From: Oikopleura dioica
Lineage: Eukaryota; Animalia; Chordata
Assembly (NCBI GenBank): GCA_907165135.1
Contig: OU015568.1
Location: 13,268,001 to 13,332,000, forward strand
Length of the DNA: 64,000 nt
Reading direction: 5' to 3'
Below the pieces are notes generated by a model. It did no database searches, was not told the DNA's origin, and saw nothing but the letters and a program-made list of their open reading frames with translations. The first letter of the stretch is position 1. Every line of letters starts with the position of its first letter. The position numbers were made by a program, and so were the translations under genes. Shown piece after piece: positions 58,571 to 64,000 of this stretch.

Positions 58571-61065
58571 ATGAACTGGAATCGGCACTCGGTGGCAAGA
58601 GACATGAACGAACGTCAAAAGAAAGGGCAATTCGGCCCACTAAAAACATGGGAAGATATGTACCTACCGCGGCGACCGCCGGACGTCAGGGAGTCTCCTG
58701 GAATGACTCTGAGTTTCCGAAAGACGTGACACCGCCAAGAACTTGGCATGAATGGCAAATTCAGGCCCAGAGGATGTTTGACCTAGCTATAAAAGCGTCG
58801 AACGACGCCTTTCGACCGACCTGGGACTTAATCTTCTTTAGAGAAGAAAGGGATTTTTATGCAGGCAGTTTTAAGGATTTCATCCAGTTCTGGCTGATAA
58901 TCCTAGAGGAATTAGAACCCCCGGATAGATCTAGGGCTTATGCTATTCTGCAGAAAGGAGTAGATGTATTTGAGAATTTCAAAATGATCCCACTGGCAGA
59001 GCCGGTTAAATTTCGATCTAGCACGAATTTTGCGATGATTCACAGCGATCATGAGTCCCACAGGACCATTTTCATTAAGGGAAACCTAAGTAGAAGGGCT
59101 CTAGGAGGCCTTAATGACTCTGACAAGTATGATTCGGAGGACTGGCCGGCACACCGAAAGGTGAAACATCCGATCCATGTGGGGAAAAAGACATAACCAA
59201 CCACTGAGAGTGCGAAATTCGGGTAATGTCACATCCTTTCACGAAGATATAGTGGAAACGCTTACCAAATGGTGCTCGACCGGAGCCCTGACACCCTTAG
59301 CTCAAAAAGCAGAGGATCCTCTGTGCACGTCGGCCATTATCCTGGTTCCGAAAGGGCCAAAATGGCGCGTGTGTTACGATGGTTCGCCCCTAACTCTGAT
59401 GGAGTTAAAAAGCGTCAAATGTATCCTGGATGATGTGAGAGAGGTAATGGCGACAATTCGAAAAGGAGATCTCCTACTTAAACTCGATGATAAATCGGCG
59501 TTTCACCATCTGCTCTTGGACCCCATGTCGAGCCGAATGGCGACTATGCACTGGGGGGGCCTTAGGTTTGCTTACAGAGCGGCGGCATTTGGCATTCCCC
59601 GCATCCCAAGCGAGTATCAGCTTATAAACGGATCGCCGATTAATTTCTTAAGAAAAAGAGGACACATCATCCTCCTGTACTTAGACGATCGTCTCATCAT
59701 CGAACGGCCGGATTCCGAAAGGGAAAGGAAAGCGATCCTCGATGGGTCAATGGCGCCGCGAACAGCTTTTGCGATCTGTGCTCTAGCTTGTGCTCTGGGT
59801 ACGTTCCTGCACAGGGAAAAGTCCACTTTTGTTCCTTCACACGAAATCGAGTTTCTGGGTTTCGAATTCAATACACTTGAGGAGACAATCGGGATCCCGA
59901 GCGGGAAATGGAAGAAATTCCGAGACGAAATTAGAGCGATCCTCGGAAGTAGCCATACTCATTTAAAATCTCTGGAACGCATCAGAGGCAAGTGTGTGCA
60001 TTTCATGTACGTGGAAAGGCGCATGCGCCTTTTCATAAGAATACAAAATGAAGCAATCAAAAAATCACTGGAAACGGGAAACCCGATCATCCCACTTCAC
60101 GCGGAACTCCGAGCGGAGCTGACCAGATGGCTGAAGATGGGGGAAACGCCGAGGAAAGCAAAATGGCTAGAAACGGGAGTGGTCCACCTGAGGAAAGAAA
60201 TTTTCAGAGAAGAGGACCTTAAAAACCGGCTATTGGTTTACACGGATGCGTCAGGCGGCGCCGGCGGCTTGTGCATCGAAAATCTAGGCGAAAAAGAGCC
60301 TTTCTACTGGCCGAAAGGCTTTGAAACAGAAGACATCTTCATGAAAGAAGCCTACGCTATCCTCATTATGCTTAAAAGGAAAGGAAGCCGCCTTAGAAAT
60401 AAGCGAATCCTGATCAAGTGTGATAATCAGGTCGTCTGCAGTGCGCTCTACCACGGCTCAAAAGTGGGTAGGCTGAACAGCCTAATCTACGAAATCTATG
60501 AAGTAGCGGAGGAGTGGAACATTGATCTAAGGGTAGACTACGTGAACACGTTGGAGCAACTGGCTGATGAGCCGTCGCGAACTTTCGACTTTAACGAGAG
60601 TGAAATCACGAATGAGGCGTTCAAAGAAATTTGTAGCTTCTGGAAAAAGACCCCAACGGTTGATGCGTTCGCAACAAGAGAGAATGCAAGAGCGGAGAGA
60701 TACATCTCGAGATATTCTGATGACCAGGCGTTCGCCCGAGACTTTTCCGGTTTACGAAATGGCGCGCAAAAGAGGTCATTTATGCTTTTCCCCCGAGGAA
60801 GATTGCGACCCTGGCTTTCAGGTACCTAGAGGATTACGCGATGAGAAACTCGTGGGCACTGGTGGTGCTGTGCTACGAAAGAGAGCCGCTAGCCCTAGCG
60901 CTGGCGCGTAGGAAAGGCCTAAAAGTTCGCAAGTTGGAGACAACAGTAGCGGTGATCTCGCCAACGCCCAAACGATCGGAAGAGCTGGGATACTTCAAGC
61001 CTCTGAAAGCGGAGGCGTCGACTTGGGTAATAATAAATGAAGCTGGGGCTACCCGAAAAGGCTGA
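58571..61065 (+). CDS. DIRS-type pol: reverse transcriptase, RNase H and N6-adenine methyltransferase (three apparent indels)
   Basis: AGSFKDFIQFW (DIRS-like N-terminus), KWRVCYDG, KLDDKSAFHHL, FGIP, YLDD (59678-59689), IEFLGFEF; RNase H VYTDASG, KEAYAI, KCDNQV, QLADEPSR; MTase VDAFATRENA and, after the T run at 60743-60746, WRAKEVIYAFPPR (60781). Confidence 0.92.
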
Positions 61066-61198
61066 AAACTCACGTTGACTTCGACTGCTCAGTTAGTTTA
61101 TTATTATAAGCTGTCTTATCGTTTTCTAACACTACAAGAAGCACTTGAGTCCGAGTTTCAGATCCTTAATCATTTCTATTCAGAAACGAAATTCGGAT

Positions 61199-62542
61199 AT
61201 GAGTGACTACGACTCGGAAGATGAGAACTTCAAAATAGTAGCTCCAATGGCGTTGAATAAACCGACAAAGGCGAACGCCTCGGCCGCAGCACTGCGAGAA
61301 AAATTCGACCTCTCATCAAGCAAGCAGCCTGTCGACAAAGGGACTGCATGCAGAATCATCGAGGAGAACCTGACGCACCCAATTCTGGGCCCGTTGCTGA
61401 AGGAGAAGAAAAGGACGGCTAATGAAATCGAGCAAATGAAGCCAATTCTACAGCACCTTCAGACAAAAGCGTCAGAGGCTCGAACCCTGCACCTTCTATA
61501 CAACGAAGCGCTGATGAACAAGGAGAAGGGCACAACGCCGAGCGGCGATAAAGGGAAAGATGAGGAGTTGTTCCTTAAAACTCACTCGAGAGAGAAACTC
61601 GTCAAAGAAGTGCGAGACACAAAAGCGGCTTACGACGAGTATGCTTCGACCAAGCAGTTGCTCGACGATCGCGTTAAGAAATTAACAAAGGAAATCAAAG
61701 AAGCTGCAGAACTGCACAAGGTGAAAACCGCTGTCAAAGAAGGCGACCGCTATTATTTGATCCAGAGAAGAACCTCAGGGATCAAGATGTCGGTAAACCG
61801 GAGTCTCGAGGAGGTGGGACAGGAGTTCTACTCCAAGTTTGCTTCGGTGAAAGCCCTGGTAAACTTGGACAAGCGAGACGTCACCCCAATTGTAAACGAA
61901 CTGTTCCGAGTCACTCCACTAGAACTAGTGGATGATCGCATCGTTCTCATGAGAATTCAAGAAAAACTGAACGATGAGATGTTGACTAGGGTCGAGTTCG
62001 CCAGACTATGTTATACCCTGTTCACCCAAGAGTGCCAGGACGAGTTCGACAAGAACTTCCACCAGCTCTGCAACAACCCCAAGTTGCATGCAAAGATCCA
62101 GCTGCCTCTGGACTACAAGCTTCGTGAAGACGAAGAATATGACACCAACACCCATGCTAACCAGAAGCGAGAGCGGGCGGTTAGACATAGGATTAAGTTC
62201 GGGACGGCGACAGCCGAAGAAAAAAGATGGTACCTTAACACTAAGAAAAACAAAGCCATCAACGAGGCAGAGTTGAAAAAGGCGGTGCAGAACAGCAACC
62301 AACGGAAGAGAGGCGGGAAACCGCAACAGAACAATAGGGGCAATCAGAGTGGAGGAAACTCCAACGATGGGAACGGTAACGGGGGCGGAAACGGAGGAAA
62401 CCGAAACCGCAACAACAATAAGAAGGATAACAAGGCTCAGGGAGGAAACTCCAACAACTCTAACAACCAGCCCCCGAACAAAAAGCAAAAGCAGAATGAG
62501 CCAAGGGGACCCCCTAAGCAAGAGCCGAAAAAGGAACCATAG
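61199..62542 (+). CDS. Element ORF6: coiled-coil protein with a basic N/G/Q-rich low-complexity tail
   Basis: 447-aa open frame from MSDYDSED, with an acceptor at 61183. The tail reads QNSNQRKRGGKPQQNNRGNQSGGNSNDGNGNGGGNGGNRNRNNNKK. Confidence 0.8.
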   Translation: MSDYDSEDENFKIVAPMALNKPTKANASAAALREKFDLSSSKQPVDKGTACRIIEENLTHPILGPLLKEKKRTANEIEQMKPILQHLQTKASEARTLHLLYNEALMNKEKGTTPSGDKGKDEELFLKTHSREKLVKEVRDTKAAYDEYASTKQLLDDRVKKLTKEIKEAAELHKVKTAVKEGDRYYLIQRRTSGIKMSVNRSLEEVGQEFYSKFASVKALVNLDKRDVTPIVNELFRVTPLELVDDRIVLMRIQEKLNDEMLTRVEFARLCYTLFTQECQDEFDKNFHQLCNNPKLHAKIQLPLDYKLREDEEYDTNTHANQKRERAVRHRIKFGTATAEEKRWYLNTKKNKAINEAELKKAVQNSNQRKRGGKPQQNNRGNQSGGNSNDGNGNGGGNGGNRNRNNNKKDNKAQGGNSNNSNNQPPNKKQKQNEPRGPPKQEPKKEP

Positions 62543-62896
62543 GTGACTTCGCACAAAGTGTTGCCACTTCTCCTTGTCTTTCTCACGGAAATAAACCGCG
62601 GGCGATCGCCCAACTAGTGCTACACCGGCGAGGACCCTCGCAAAACCTCAGCAGATTATACGGCCACGTAAAGGCTTTTACTGTCCCCGAAATATACCCA
62701 GGGCTTGGTTGGGAACCCAATCAAGAAGGGATTCATTTATTTATTCTCATGTAATCTTTCCTGTAAATAGAATATATCTGGGAGTAATCCCAAGTTATGT
62801 ATTGTTGCCAACAGAGTCTAACGCAACCACTATTCAGAAAACTGTTTCGCTGCAAGCACAACGCGCGCAAGACGAGCGCGAATAATTCGGCGTTAG

Positions 62897-64000
62897 CCAG
62901 CCAAAAGAGAGCCGGACGGCAAGGACGAATGGCCGCCAAAGCGCCCGCCTGACCCAAACCCAATCCGAGTTCCCCCAAAATCACTGGGCTCAGTGAGGAA
63001 GTCTCGGAGGATAGTTGGAGAGGATCCGCTCGATCAGCCCCCTCTGGAAAGCGTTCTACCAAAACGAGCAACACCGGCGAAGCGAAAGCCCCCACCGGCT
63101 ACCGAAACCGCTGGAATCGGGCCTGTTCAGGCCGAAGCTCCAAAGGCGATTGCCTCTGAGAAAGCGAAGCCGAGAAGAAAGAAACCCAAGCCCAAAAGGC
63201 CAAAAGTTCTACCAGTCCCAGCGGAGGATGAAAAAGATTGGTTCGAAGAAGTTCAAGGCGAAGGCCTCGATCTCGTGGACGAAGATGAAGCTTACTGCTC
63301 AGAGTCAGTCTGGACAGACGCTCATATCAGAGTTGCAGTGGCAAGCATGGTGGAGCTAAACAGAGGGAAAACCTTTGACGAAATCACATCAGCCCTTCTG
63401 GATTGGATTGACAAGAATGTTTGTCCACCCAACAGACCAAATAGATACCAGCACTGGTACCAAGTGATACGGGCCGCTCTCGAAAGAGAAAGCAACGCCA
63501 GACTTCCAGGCTCATGCTCGAACGAGATTGTAAGATGGGCCAAAGCGAGGGCCAAATCTCTCGCGGGAAAGAAGCTCTATGAGCCATCACAAGCCGAAAG
63601 GTTTCGCATGTGCGATATGATCGCGCTATGGTCGCATATGCTGGCATCAAGGAAGCCAGTGAGAGTAGAAGCAGCCCTCTATAGCGGTATATGCTTCTTT
63701 ACCGGGGCCCGCGCGATCGAGGTTGGTAAACTCTTTATCGAGGATATCTACGAATCGATCCAAGGAAATGCCTTGGTGTTGCCAATAAGGGAAAGCAAGA
63801 CGAACGTCTTCAAAAACATTCCGGAAAGATTAACAATGTTTTTCGACGACCGTTGCCCCCTGGACTTCAAAGCCCTTTTCTACGAAATCCTGGGCGTCCG
63901 AGAGGAAGGAAAACTCTTCCAACACTGCAGAAACCGCAGAATACTCTGCTACCATTATAGCAAGGCCTCGAAAGAGCTGGGCTGGGCCAGAGTTCCATCG
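62897..64000 (+). CDS. Tyrosine recombinase (3' partial; absent from the ORF track because it runs off the window)
   Basis: Frame 2 is open from 62897 to 64000: GICFFTGAR (Arg 63710), LPIRESKT (Lys 63797), ...KASKELGWARVPS, ending just before the expected H-x-x-R box. The start codon is unclear (an ATG at 62929 is one base out of frame). Confidence 0.88.

Larger units (their letters stand above)
47766..64000 (+). mobile_element. Giant DIRS-type tyrosine-recombinase retroelement (left boundary uncertain, right end outside the window)
   Basis: RT + RNase H + Dam-like methyltransferase and a downstream tyrosine recombinase are present, with no DDE integrase or aspartic protease seen. Five further co-oriented, mostly intron-poor, purine-rich ORFs are included by inference. 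Confidence 0.75.

Noticed and set aside
59177-59196. GGGGAAAAAG as a programmed -1 slippery site in pol
   Set aside because: The shift required is +1, not -1, and it compensates a -1 indel at 58714-58716. A homopolymer error is more parsimonious.
1-64000. tRNA, rRNA, SL RNA or snRNA genes
   Set aside because: No recognisable cloverleaf/T-loop, rRNA or spliced-leader sequence was found by eye. A covariance-model search was not run.

Overview
This is eukaryotic DNA from a very compact genome with 40-55 nt introns, operon-like gene spacing and at least one well-supported GA-AG intron. It is most likely the larvacean tunicate Oikopleura (inference). Positions 1-47265 are host sequence: a BTB protein, a JIP1/2-like scaffold with a nested antisense secreted-peptide gene, SLC35F3/4, MGAT1, BCAP31, a KH-domain RNA-binding protein and three tandem thioredoxins. 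A long co-oriented + strand run follows (SLC25A3, orphan ORF, acetyl-CoA carboxylase, ACAA2, CCDC86, a small mitochondrial-type membrane protein, DTYMK, RPUSD2, TTC29, fumarase, UBE2A/B). Two non-autonomous DNA transposons are present: a 969-bp hAT-type foldback element with an 8-bp TSD and an 834-bp MULE-like element with a 9-bp TSD. After a 500-N gap (47266-47765), the rest of the window looks like one unusually large (>=16 kb, runs off the right edge) DIRS-type tyrosine-recombinase retroelement. It carries RT-RNaseH-adenine methyltransferase and a tyrosine recombinase (missed by the ORF track), plus about five extra genes: a 980-aa orphan, a large disordered protein with introns, a RING-finger protein, a gag-position protein and an N/G-rich basic protein. 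Each ORF is preceded by a splice acceptor, as host operon genes are. This element is the most interesting candidate system. About a dozen single-base indels, mostly in homopolymers, break conserved ORFs and are probably consensus errors.
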